The translations under genes were made by a program, and so were the position numbers. A stretch of DNA of 63,867 bases from a candidate division WOR-3 bacterium (GTDB taxonomy: Bacteria > Hydrothermota > Hydrothermia > JBDRYB01), in NCBI GenBank assembly GCA_039803205.1, contig JBDRYB010000009.1:1-63867 (forward strand). Direction: 5' to 3'. The notes under the pieces were generated by a model, which had not been told where the DNA came from, ran no database searches, and saw only the letters and a program-made list of their open reading frames with translations. The stretch's first letter is position 1; the number at the start of each line of letters is the position of its first letter. Below are positions 48,195 through 57,842 of this stretch, one piece after another.

Positions 48195-50342
48195 CTATCT
48201 TGGTAAGAACAGGTCAAAGAAGCCTCGCTTTAGCTCTATGTCCGGGAGGTTCTTTATCACAAATGAAAGGTTATAAACCCAAGCGTTTCCGAATGTATTC
48301 CAGCTGAAATCCATCCTCCAGCAGTGCAGGTCACGGGTAAGCGCCAGAGATTGGTCAAGCGCTTTGCCTCCCGTGATGTTGTATTTTATCTCGTATGAGG
48401 CAAACCAACCCCTGCTCAGGTTTCCCTTGGCCGTGAGGTCAAGGGTGTGGATGTCCGGGGCTGACGGGTCATCCGAGGGCGAGAATGTGTGGCCCAGAGA
48501 GAACGACCAGGGCTCTATCCGGGGTTTGTTCGCCTCTATCACCTTTTCCTCCGTGAGTGCCGTGTCCGCGCCCGTAGTATCTGTCCCCATGGTGTCCTTG
48601 GATGAGGTATCGGCCGGTGCCGCGAGCCTGAAGGAGAGAGCGTTCGTTATGCTCATCTCCTTGAGCCTTCCGTCGTAGACCCCATAGGATGCGGATGCCC
48701 TTGAGCTTAGCCCCATAGCCCCTATTCTGCCACCGGGGAGGGCTTCTAACGAGATCCTCACATCCGAAAAAGGCAAGGAATCAGCCAGGATATCGTAGCT
48801 CTGGCTCAGGCTCAGGTTCGCGAGCTGGATCTTGGTGAAGCTCGTGTCCTTCTGCATCTTCCCCTCAAATGTGTTGGAAACCTCATATGAGAGGAAGAAG
48901 GCCTCGGATGAGGGGCCTATCTCCCCAACGGGCTCAACCCGAAGCTCTCGGGGTTTTGGGGCATATGTGAGGGTTGCGGTTGGGGTCAGGGTGTGCAGGA
49001 ACCTCGTGAAACGCCAGAGCTTGAACTGGCCGAGGCCATAGATGCTCGTGGAGGCGGAGATGTAATACCTTGAGGAGAGCTGATATGGGTTTGGGTTTCC
49101 GAGGGTATCCAACGCGAACCAAACAGCCCTTCCGGACGCGCCGGGGGTGAACCTGAGGTATCTGAGAAGGCTGAACTGGGGCAGACTCATGGACAGGGAT
49201 GCGTCAGCCGCCTGCGCGTCCTGGGTTGGCATGCCCGTGGTATCCCGCCAGCTGGCTCGCCTGAACCTTGATGAGCCACCGAGGCTAATAGGGCCAATTG
49301 TCTGGGTGTTCAAAGCCACATCCAGAGCAGGGATGTTTGAGAACATGGCGCCGCGGATGAGGTCATCCCGCCTATCAGCGGTCCCGGCAAAGGCCACCGG
49401 CCCTGCGGCCCTATATATGGAAATGTAGGAGTAGCTTTCTGACCTGAGAAACTCCGTCTTGTCCTCAGAGTAATCCTGCCTGTAATCAACATCCGAAAGA
49501 AATGAAGCCTGCGCTCCGATGTCGAACCCCAGGAGGGTTTGGGAGTGAACACCATCAATGCTCCAACGGTATGTGCTGTCCTTGATGTCGTTGGCGTAGG
49601 TGAAGAGCATGTTGCCGCCAAAGCTCTTGTAGCGATTGTAGACCAGGTTCGTGAAGACCCTGGGCCCCCGCTTTTCAAGGAGGTCGGTTCCAAGAGTCAG
49701 GTCAAGGTAATTATTTATAGCCCAGTAGTAAGCGACATTCCTGTAGTATTTTCCATCCTGGGAATGATAACCAACTTTTGGCGCGAGGAATCCGGAAGAC
49801 CTCTCACGCTTTATCGGAAAGAACCAGAATGGCGCTGCCGCGACGGGAATGTCCCCTATCTTGAAAATCAGGGGCCATACAACAGCGATGTCGTCCCTGA
49901 GGACTCTCATCCTGTAGGCAACAAAGGAGTAGTGCGGCTTCTCGTTCTCGCAGGTCGTGAAATCCCCTGCCTGGAGGCAGAGCTCGGTCTTTGACATCTT
50001 GTAGATCTTCCTTCCCCTCACCCATCCCTTATCAACGAAGGCACGTGATGTATAGGCCATTCCCCTATCCGTCCTTATGGAATACTTGAGGCTATCCCCC
50101 CTGGTCGTGTTTTTTCCGGTGATCAGGGTAAAATTCCCATGTGAGTGGACTATCTGCGGCTCTTGCCAGAGAATAACGGTGTCAGCCGTTAGGGTCACAT
50201 CGCCGGTCTGAACCCAGGATGAATCCGTTAGATAAACGACCTTAGCCCTCGCGTCATAGTGAAGGTGCTGGCCCAGAAACTTGACCGGTTGAGGGCCGAC
50301 CGTGTCCTGTGCCTGGGCAATGAACAAGGCCAGCGCGAACAT
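48195..50342 (-). CDS. lptD: LPS-assembly protein LptD
   Basis: FTTC...PHY, RSSGFLAP, YYWAIN, RDLHCW. Confidence 0.88.
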   Translation of the reverse strand: MFALALFIAQAQDTVGPQPVKFLGQHLHYDARAKVVYLTDSSWVQTGDVTLTADTVILWQEPQIVHSHGNFTLITGKNTTRGDSLKYSIRTDRGMAYTSRAFVDKGWVRGRKIYKMSKTELCLQAGDFTTCENEKPHYSFVAYRMRVLRDDIAVVWPLIFKIGDIPVAAAPFWFFPIKRERSSGFLAPKVGYHSQDGKYYRNVAYYWAINNYLDLTLGTDLLEKRGPRVFTNLVYNRYKSFGGNMLFTYANDIKDSTYRWSIDGVHSQTLLGFDIGAQASFLSDVDYRQDYSEDKTEFLRSESYSYISIYRAAGPVAFAGTADRRDDLIRGAMFSNIPALDVALNTQTIGPISLGGSSRFRRASWRDTTGMPTQDAQAADASLSMSLPQFSLLRYLRFTPGASGRAVWFALDTLGNPNPYQLSSRYYISASTSIYGLGQFKLWRFTRFLHTLTPTATLTYAPKPRELRVEPVGEIGPSSEAFFLSYEVSNTFEGKMQKDTSFTKIQLANLSLSQSYDILADSLPFSDVRISLEALPGGRIGAMGLSSRASASYGVYDGRLKEMSITNALSFRLAAPADTSSKDTMGTDTTGADTALTEEKVIEANKPRIEPWSFSLGHTFSPSDDPSAPDIHTLDLTAKGNLSRGWFASYEIKYNITGGKALDQSLALTRDLHCWRMDFSWNTFGNAWVYNLSFVIKNLPDIELKRGFFDLFLPR

Positions 50343-50463
50343 GGGCCGAGATTATATTCCGAGATGCTGACCGGGCGCCATATTGATTGCTCCAGAGCCA
50401 AATCCGGGGAACCGAACGCGACCCTTGAACGGATACCGCTTCCCCCTTCATAATAACAAGCTA

Positions 50464-50548
50464 GCCGGAGTGGCGGAACGGCAGACGCGGCGGACTCAAA
50501 ATCCGCTGGGAACCAGATCCCGTGAGGGTTCAAATCCCTCCTCCGGCA
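50464..50548 (+). tRNA. tRNA-Leu (CAA)
   Basis: GCCGGAG/CTCCGGC acceptor stem; anticodon loop CTCAAAA; long variable arm; GGTTCAAATCC. Confidence 0.97.
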
Positions 50549-50561
50549 TAAATGAGGTTTT

Positions 50562-52391
50562 ATGTGCGGAATAGTTGGCTACATAGGTGAGAAGAGCGCT
50601 GACCTGGTAATCCTGGTTGGGCTTGAGAAGCTGGAATACCGGGGATATGATTCTGCGGGCCTGTCGCTCATAACGGATGATGGGAGGCTTCTTACAATAA
50701 AGAAAAAAGGCAGGATAAAGGACCTCGCGGACGCTGTTGAGGCCGCAGGGATCCCGGAGGGGCATGTTGGAATAGGCCATACGAGGTGGGCTACCCACGG
50801 AAGGGTATCTGACGAGAACGCTCACCCGCACCTGGATTGCAGGGGGGAGATAGCTGTTGTCCACAACGGTATAATAGAGAATTTTGATAGGATCAGGGCG
50901 AGGCTTTTGGAAGGGGGGCACTGCTTCACCTCAGATACTGACACCGAGGTGATAGCGCATCTCATTGAGGATTACTATCGTGGTTCCCTCGTTGAAGCGG
51001 TCTCTACGGCAGTGAGGGAGCTTGAGGGCACATTCGCTATTGCGGTTCTCTCTTCCCGGGAGCCAGATGTCATTGTTGCCGCGAGAAAGGACAGCCCCCT
51101 GGTTCTCGGAATAGGCGATGGCGAGATGCTTCTGGCCTCTGACATCCCTGCCCTTCTCTCGCACACAAAGAGGGTGGTCATCATGGAAAACGGTGAGGTC
51201 GCGGAGCTGAGAAGGGATAGGTTCGCTGTCTTTGACTTTGAGGGTAACCCGAAAGAGAAGGAGATAAAGACGGTTGAGTGGGACGCTATAACCGCGCAGA
51301 AGGGCCACTTTCCGCATTTCATGATAAAGGAGATACACGAGCAACCGGATATATGCAAGGAGAACCTCGCTCGCTATCTCAGGGAGGATGAGTTCGTCCT
51401 CTTGAAGGACACGAATCTGAGAAAGCTACTGCTTAATAAGAACCGGATATTCATACAGGCCGCGGGGACATCCCTGCACGCCGGAAGGGTCGGGAAATAC
51501 CTCCTTGAGCAGATGGTCAGGTTGCCGGCTGAGGCTGATTTCGCATCCGAGTTCGTCTCGCGCAACCCCCCTGTTGACGAGAAGACTCTCGCGGTTGCCA
51601 TAAGCCAATCGGGCGAGACAATGGATACGCTTGAGGCTTTGCGCTACGCAAAGCAGAAGGGGCTTGAGGTCCTCTCAATAGTTAATGTGGTTGACTCATC
51701 AATAGCAAGGGAATCCGATTATGTGATGTACATAAACGCGGGGCCGGAGATAGGCGTCGCATCAACAAAGGCATACACCGCGCAATTGCTCATTCTGAGC
51801 ATACTCGCTTTTGAGCTCAGCCACCTCAAGGGTTTCCTCTCGGACGAATCCGCGAGGCAGTTGATAACCGAGCTGTATACCCTTCCTTCCAAGATGACAG
51901 CCCTCCTAGCCACTGAATCCCACATCATGCATATCGCTGAGAAATATTATTCTTCTGGCTACTTCATGTTCCTCGGAAGGGGAATAAACTACCCAACAGC
52001 GCTTGAGGGTGCTTTGAAATTGAAGGAGATAAGCTATATCCATGCCACTGGTTACGCGGCGGGCGAGATGAAGCACGGGCCCCTTGCCCTTGTTGACGCG
52101 AACCTTCCCGTGGTCATAATAAACCCCAAGGGCCCGGACTACGAGAAGACATTCTCAAACGCGAAGGAGGTCTCCTCAAGGCATGGAAGGATAATATCGG
52201 TGGTAACCGAAGGCGATGAGCGGCACAAGGATTTCTCTGAGGAGATAATCCAAATCCCTGAGACCCATCCCTTGCTATCGCCCATTCTGGCAATAATCCC
52301 CCTGCAGCTTCTCGCTTATCACATTGCGGTTCTCCGAGGATGCGATGTTGACAAGCCAAGGAACCTGGCTAAGGTGGTGACGGTGGGGTGA
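50562..52391 (+). CDS. glmS: Glutamine-fructose-6-phosphate aminotransferase
   Basis: MCGIVG, EYRGYDSAG, GHTRWATHG, SQSGET, DKPRNLAKVVTV. Confidence 0.97.
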   Translation: MCGIVGYIGEKSADLVILVGLEKLEYRGYDSAGLSLITDDGRLLTIKKKGRIKDLADAVEAAGIPEGHVGIGHTRWATHGRVSDENAHPHLDCRGEIAVVHNGIIENFDRIRARLLEGGHCFTSDTDTEVIAHLIEDYYRGSLVEAVSTAVRELEGTFAIAVLSSREPDVIVAARKDSPLVLGIGDGEMLLASDIPALLSHTKRVVIMENGEVAELRRDRFAVFDFEGNPKEKEIKTVEWDAITAQKGHFPHFMIKEIHEQPDICKENLARYLREDEFVLLKDTNLRKLLLNKNRIFIQAAGTSLHAGRVGKYLLEQMVRLPAEADFASEFVSRNPPVDEKTLAVAISQSGETMDTLEALRYAKQKGLEVLSIVNVVDSSIARESDYVMYINAGPEIGVASTKAYTAQLLILSILAFELSHLKGFLSDESARQLITELYTLPSKMTALLATESHIMHIAEKYYSSGYFMFLGRGINYPTALEGALKLKEISYIHATGYAAGEMKHGPLALVDANLPVVIINPKGPDYEKTFSNAKEVSSRHGRIISVVTEGDERHKDFSEEIIQIPETHPLLSPILAIIPLQLLAYHIAVLRGCDVDKPRNLAKVVTVG

Positions 52392-52656
52392 TCGATTACA
52401 CTGCCGGAAGGGTGCGTTTAGCTCCAAAAAATAAGATCACCCAAACGGGAAATGGCCTTTCAAAAATGTGATCACCGAAAAGAGGCTTTTGCCATACCTC
52501 CCCTATGAGAGGGCTCGGGAGCTCTTGGAACTCAGACAACGCCTTAAACCCCCTGGACCTTTTGGTTCGGCGATCTGGAATTTTGAAACACTACGGCTCG
52601 CGCGCTCGCGTGGGAAACTAAAGGGTATGGATTTATCAGAAGTCTTTTCTTTATAA
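52388..52656 (+). other. Possible degraded small ORF between glmS and hsdR
   Basis: GTG overlapping the glmS stop opens a short frame; a second frame (DHPNGKWPFKNVITEKRLL...) continues after an A-run; no family recognised. Confidence 0.25.
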
Positions 52657-52666
52657 TTTAGAACTT

Positions 52667-55006
52667 ATGGAGATTTTGAGCGAGGCTGATGTCAGAGCCA
52701 AATATATTGATCCCGCCTTGCATAGGTGTGGTTGGACCGAAGATTTAATCCGTCGCGAGGAAACGGCACCGGAAATTAGGATCGTTGACGGAAAGTCCCA
52801 ACGCGAGAAAAAAGGGAGGGTGGACTATATCCTGCGAATACGCGTGAATAAAGGAACACAGCCCCTGGCTGTCGCCCTTATAGAGGCGAAGAGGTCCAAC
52901 GATCCGCCGGATAGGGGCCTTGAACAAGCCAGAAAATACGCCAGACTAAACAATGTGCCGTTTCTCTATTCATCTAACGGATATCTGTTTGTTGAATACG
53001 ATTCTTTTACGGGAATAACATCCAAGGCCAAGTCCATTGAATATTTTCCATCCCCTAAGGAGCTCCGTGAAAGATACGAAAAAGGAATGGGCTTTTCGCT
53101 TAATGACGATATAGCAAAACCACTGCTTGTTCCTTATCCAGGAGGAGAGTCAAAGAGACGATATTATCAGGACGCAGCAATAAGGGCAATCCTTGAACAC
53201 ATCGCAAGGGGTAAAAAACGAGCACTCCTCCACCTGGCAACTGGCTCTGGTAAGACCTTCATTGCTGTTCACCTGTTGAAAAAGATAGCCGATGCGGGCC
53301 AACTCCGCCGGGCTCTGTTTCTCTGTGATAGGGATGAACTTAGGAATCAAGCCTTAAAGGCTTTTCAGGAAGTTTTTGGTTCTGATGCGGCCGCGGTAAG
53401 CACATCCAATCCTCAGAAAAACGCCAGGATACTCATAGCTACATATCAAACTCTGAATATCCACGACGAAAATGGGGACGCTAAATTCTTACTTGAGAAT
53501 TATCCGGAGAACTACTTCAGTCACATAATCATTGACGAGTGCCACCGTAGCGCGTGGGGCAAGTGGAGCATAGTCCTTACTAGAAATTCAAATGCAATCC
53601 AGGTAGGCCTTACCGCAACTCCTCGCTCCTTTGAGGGTGGTACACCGGCTGAGCGGAAGGAGGACGAGGAGATAACCGCAAACAATCTTCAATATTTTGG
53701 TGAACCGGTCTATGAATACAGCGTGGCTCAGGGAATAGCCGACGGCTACCTCCCCGCCTGCGAGATAATCCAGAGGATGACAAGCCTCGATCCGAACGGA
53801 GTTCGCAAGGAAGATATAGAGAGGCTTGGGGCCAAAGACCCGATTACTGGCAAGCCAATCCTATTTCTGGAGAGCCGGGATTACACCGCACAGGAATTTG
53901 AGAACAATATTATGCTTCCGGACAGGGTAAAGGTAATGTGTAAAGACCTTTTTGACTTGCTTCTTGAAACTGGCGGTCCCGAGCAAAAGACAGTGATATT
54001 CTGTGTCCGGGACACGCACGCGGATGCTGTGGCGACCGAGATGAACAATCTCTATGCTGATTGGTGCGCCAAAAACGGCAAGAAGCGCGCTGATGTCTAT
54101 GCTTTCAAATGCACAGCCGAGTCTGGCGGCAGTGATTACATCCCAGATTTCAGGGGCTTAGAAACAAGTCACTTCATAGCTACAACTGTTGACCTCATAA
54201 CGACTGGTGTTGATGTCCCCTGTTTGCGCAATGTAGTGTTTTTCAGGTATATACAGTCCCCGATAGCTTTTCACCAGATGATGGGTAGGGGCCTGCGCAT
54301 AGACGAAAAAACCGGCAAGTTCATGTTCAGGGTCTATGATTATACCAACGCGACCAGACTTTTGGGCAAGGGGTTTGAAGTCAAACCCGCGCCAGAAAGG
54401 CGAGAGCCAGGGCCTTCGGATCACGAGCCTCCCAGGCCCATCCTTGTTGAGGGTTTTGACAATGTTTATATCCTTCCAGGCGGTGGGAAATACATACTCG
54501 CAGAAGTGGATGGAAAACTATCCAAGTTGACGATTGAGGAATACAAGCAAAGGATTGCTGAAAAGATCGTGGAAGAAGCGAAGGATTTTGAGGACTTCCG
54601 AAACAAGTGGATGAATCCTAAAGAAAGGGAATCCCTTCTTGGTGGCCTTCCAGAAGGCGGCAGAAGCGTTAGCACAATACAAAAACTTGCAGGACAGGGA
54701 GACTATGATCCCTACGATCTTCTTGCGGAGATAGGTTATGGCCTCGCGCCCAAAACCCGCGCTGAACGCGTCTCGGCTTTCTTTTACAAGAACAAGGACT
54801 GGCTTGAAAGCCTCCCAGATAACACCAGAAATGCAGTCGTTGCCCTGGTCAATCAGTTCGCAGTTGGAGGAACCGAAGAGCTTGAAAACCCAAAGGTATT
54901 TGAGGTAGCCACTGTGGTTAAAGCCGGGGGCCTTCCCGCGCTCCGAGCTATCGGAGAACCCAGGGAAATAATTGAGGAAATTAAAAGGAGGTTGTTTGAG
55001 CCATGA
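52667..55006 (+). CDS. hsdR: Type I restriction enzyme R subunit (EcoAI/EcoEI-like)
   Basis: VDY..IEAK, QARKY; ATGSGKT; DECH; GLTATP; TTGVDVP; QMMGRG. Confidence 0.93.
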   Translation: MEILSEADVRAKYIDPALHRCGWTEDLIRREETAPEIRIVDGKSQREKKGRVDYILRIRVNKGTQPLAVALIEAKRSNDPPDRGLEQARKYARLNNVPFLYSSNGYLFVEYDSFTGITSKAKSIEYFPSPKELRERYEKGMGFSLNDDIAKPLLVPYPGGESKRRYYQDAAIRAILEHIARGKKRALLHLATGSGKTFIAVHLLKKIADAGQLRRALFLCDRDELRNQALKAFQEVFGSDAAAVSTSNPQKNARILIATYQTLNIHDENGDAKFLLENYPENYFSHIIIDECHRSAWGKWSIVLTRNSNAIQVGLTATPRSFEGGTPAERKEDEEITANNLQYFGEPVYEYSVAQGIADGYLPACEIIQRMTSLDPNGVRKEDIERLGAKDPITGKPILFLESRDYTAQEFENNIMLPDRVKVMCKDLFDLLLETGGPEQKTVIFCVRDTHADAVATEMNNLYADWCAKNGKKRADVYAFKCTAESGGSDYIPDFRGLETSHFIATTVDLITTGVDVPCLRNVVFFRYIQSPIAFHQMMGRGLRIDEKTGKFMFRVYDYTNATRLLGKGFEVKPAPERREPGPSDHEPPRPILVEGFDNVYILPGGGKYILAEVDGKLSKLTIEEYKQRIAEKIVEEAKDFEDFRNKWMNPKERESLLGGLPEGGRSVSTIQKLAGQGDYDPYDLLAEIGYGLAPKTRAERVSAFFYKNKDWLESLPDNTRNAVVALVNQFAVGGTEELENPKVFEVATVVKAGGLPALRAIGEPREIIEEIKRRLFEP

Positions 55007-56199
55007 CACCGGAGCTTAAAAAATTTCCCCTTCCTCCCGGCTGGCGCTGGGTAAGGCTGGGAGAGGTGTGCGAAATAATTAAAGGAAAAAAACCTGAATT
55101 ATTTGAAAATAAAGAATTAAATGAAATGTTACCATATTTAACCGCTGAAGTTATTAGGTATGGGATTAAACCCAAATGGGCTAAAACAAACGATAAAAAT
55201 TCTGTTTTTGTTGAGAGGGATGAGATTATAATTATTACTGATGGCTCAAACTCAGGAGATGTTTTTACTGGCTATAAAGGTATTCTTGCTTCAACTATGG
55301 GAAAGTTGAGGATAAATAAACTGAAAATTGAAAGAAATTATATATATTTCTTTATAAAAATGAATTTCAAGAACTTAAATGAACCTAAAAGAGGTTCGGC
55401 AATACCCCATTTGGAGAAGGAAATATTTTATAATTTAGAAATCCCCCTCCCTCCCCTGGAGGAGCAAAAGCGCATAGTGGCAAGGGTTCAGGAGATATTC
55501 CAGGAGGTTGAAAAAGCGAGGGCGGCTTGCGAGAAACAGCTTGCCGCCGCAAAAACAATCACTTCGGCTTTACTCCGGCAGATCTTTGAAAGCGAGGAGG
55601 CAAAAGGGTGGAAAAGGGTAAGGTTGGGAGATGTGTGCGAAACCAAGATGGGGGGAACACCAAATACCGAAAATCCAAGCTATTGGTATCCAGAAGAAAT
55701 TATTTGGGTTACCCCGGAAGTCATGGAAAGAGATGTTATTAACTTCGTATCATCCAGTAACCGGAAAATATCAACTCTGGGGTTAAACAAAAGTGCCGCG
55801 AAGCTCTTTCCCACAAATACGATTTTACTGACAACCACCGCTACCATAGGGAAGGTTGGTATTGCCAAATGTCCATTATCAACCAATCAACAGATCACAG
55901 GTATGATCTGCAATGATAGTTTAGAACCAGTGTTCCTGGCCTACTACCTACTTCATATTGGCCAAACAGGACTTAAGGTATTGGGCGGAACTTCAATTGC
56001 GACTCATATAAATCAGAGTAACTTAAAAATGCTGAAACTCCCCCTCCCTCCTCTGGAGGAGCAAAAGCGCATAGTGGCAAAGGTTCAGGAGATATTCCAG
56101 GAGGTTGAAAAAGCGAGGGCGGCTCTGGAAACCCAGTTGAAAACCATAAACGCCTTGCCGCAGGCGATCCTCAAAAAAGCCTTCAGGGGTGAGCTATGA
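55003..56199 (+). CDS. hsdS: Type I RM specificity subunit
   Basis: LPPGWRWVRLGEV; two TRDs; repeated PLPPLEEQKRIV; KKAFRGEL. Confidence 0.95.
   Translation: MTPELKKFPLPPGWRWVRLGEVCEIIKGKKPELFENKELNEMLPYLTAEVIRYGIKPKWAKTNDKNSVFVERDEIIIITDGSNSGDVFTGYKGILASTMGKLRINKLKIERNYIYFFIKMNFKNLNEPKRGSAIPHLEKEIFYNLEIPLPPLEEQKRIVARVQEIFQEVEKARAACEKQLAAAKTITSALLRQIFESEEAKGWKRVRLGDVCETKMGGTPNTENPSYWYPEEIIWVTPEVMERDVINFVSSSNRKISTLGLNKSAAKLFPTNTILLTTTATIGKVGIAKCPLSTNQQITGMICNDSLEPVFLAYYLLHIGQTGLKVLGGTSIATHINQSNLKMLKLPLPPLEEQKRIVAKVQEIFQEVEKARAALETQLKTINALPQAILKKAFRGEL
55442..56124 (+). repeat. 86-bp direct repeat in hsdS (55442-55527 and 56039-56124, 84/86 identical); a second pair lies at 55049-55075 and 55616-55642 (25/27)
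   Basis: Direct comparison of the sequences flanking each TRD. Confidence 0.9.
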
Positions 56200-57698
56200 G
56201 AAACAACAGCCGAAAGTTAACAACACCGCAGAGCCTTAACGCCTATGTGAAGTCCATCTGCGACATCATGCGCAGGTCTGGCAGGGCCGGTGCCTTGCAG
56301 TATGTGCCAGAGCTGACCTGGATACTCTTCCTGAGAATCCTTGACGAGATGGAGCAAAAGGAAGAAGAGGAATCGCAGGCTCTCGGCCGAGAGTTTCGGC
56401 CCTCCCTTGAGTATCCCTACAGGTGGCGGGACTGGGCCGCGCCTGAGGGTAGAAAGAGAAAAGAACTTCAGGAGGGCGTTTTGGGAGGTTTCATGGGTTT
56501 TGTCAACGAGGAGCTCCTACCCTATCTCCGCGGGCTTAAAAACAAGCCGGGTTCAACCAACAGGCAAAAAATAATCAGCGAGGTTCTCTCGTCCACAGAG
56601 AAAACAGGCATTGACACAGAACGCAACCTGCTTGATGTCCTAGACAGGATAAACGAGCTTTCTATCTCAGAAGTGGACGATACTCATATGTTCACACTAT
56701 CTCAGGTCTATGAAGGATTGCTTTTGAAAATGGGGGAGAAAAATAATGATGGAGGCCAATTCTTCACTCCACGAGAGGTAATCCGGGTCATGGTTCAGGT
56801 CATAGATCCAGAGATAGGCGAAACAGTTTATGATCCCTGCTGTGGGACAGGCGGGTTTCTGGCTCAGTCTTATCTTCACATGAAGTCCAAACACAAAATC
56901 GCCTCTGATCTTGAAATTCTGAAAACCAGGACATTTTATGGCAGAGAAAAGGATGAGATCGTTTTCCCAATAGCTCTTGCCAACCTGATACTCCATGGGA
57001 TTGATGAACCGCATCTTTGGCATGGCAATACGCTTACGGGGGAAGAGGTTTATGGAGAACTTTTCAGGGGCGCACCAAACCTTTACGATGTGATCCTGAC
57101 TAATCCGCCTTTTGGCGGCAAGGAAAGCAAGGACGCTCAGACGAGCTTTGCTTACAAAACTTCTTCAACCCAGGTTTTATTTCTCCAACATGTAATTGAC
57201 AGTCTAAAAAATGGCGGACGATGTGGAATAGTCTTGGATGAAGGGGTTCTCTTCAGGACCAACGAGAAGGCCTTTGTCCAAACCAAGCGCAAACTGCTCT
57301 CTGAGTGCGATCTCTGGTGCATCGTAAGTTTGCCTCCAAATGTATTCGTCAACGCTGGGGGAGGGGCAAAAACCAATCTGCTCTTCTTTACCAAAGGCGA
57401 GGAAACAAAGGAGATCTGGTATTACGACCTCTCACATGTCCATGTAACCAAAAAACAGCCCTTGACATTCCAGCATTTTGAGGAGTTCTTTAAGCTTCTC
57501 CCCGAAAGAGCAGAGAGCGAAAACAGTTGGAAGGTCTCCATTGAGGAGATCAAGGAGAGAGAATATGACATTAAGGCAGTCAATCCCAACCGTAAGCCAG
57601 TTGAGGATAAGAGAACGCCACAGGAACTGATTGAGATATTGGAGTCTCAAAACCGTGAAATTCAAGGAATAATTGAGAAACTGAAAGGGATGCTCTAG
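56196..57698 (+). CDS. hsdM: Type I RM methyltransferase subunit
   Basis: GQFFTPRE; YDPCCGTGGFL; LTNPPFGG. Confidence 0.96.
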   Translation: MRNNSRKLTTPQSLNAYVKSICDIMRRSGRAGALQYVPELTWILFLRILDEMEQKEEEESQALGREFRPSLEYPYRWRDWAAPEGRKRKELQEGVLGGFMGFVNEELLPYLRGLKNKPGSTNRQKIISEVLSSTEKTGIDTERNLLDVLDRINELSISEVDDTHMFTLSQVYEGLLLKMGEKNNDGGQFFTPREVIRVMVQVIDPEIGETVYDPCCGTGGFLAQSYLHMKSKHKIASDLEILKTRTFYGREKDEIVFPIALANLILHGIDEPHLWHGNTLTGEEVYGELFRGAPNLYDVILTNPPFGGKESKDAQTSFAYKTSSTQVLFLQHVIDSLKNGGRCGIVLDEGVLFRTNEKAFVQTKRKLLSECDLWCIVSLPPNVFVNAGGGAKTNLLFFTKGEETKEIWYYDLSHVHVTKKQPLTFQHFEEFFKLLPERAESENSWKVSIEEIKEREYDIKAVNPNRKPVEDKRTPQELIEILESQNREIQGIIEKLKGML

Positions 57699-57728
57699 GT
57701 CGCACCTCGGCCTTATAATATTCCCTCT

Positions 57729-57800
57729 GGCCCCATCGTCTAACGGTTAGGACACCACTCTTTCAAGGTGGTGGCGGGGGTTCAACTCCCCCTGGGGCTA
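57729..57800 (+). tRNA. tRNA-Glu (TTC)
   Basis: GGCCCCA/TGGGGCT acceptor stem; anticodon loop CTTTCAA; GGTTCAACTCC; TATAAT just upstream. Confidence 0.96.
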
Positions 57801-57842
57801 TTTGAGGGAAAGGAACCTCGTGTTGGGCTCTTGAACTGGGGA

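Noticed and set aside
50549..50561. glmS ribozyme upstream of glmS
   Set aside because: Only 13 nt separate tRNA-Leu from the start codon
52392..52666. Tn7 insertion at the glmS att site
   Set aside because: No TGT...ACA ends, TnsB-site repeats or tns genes seen
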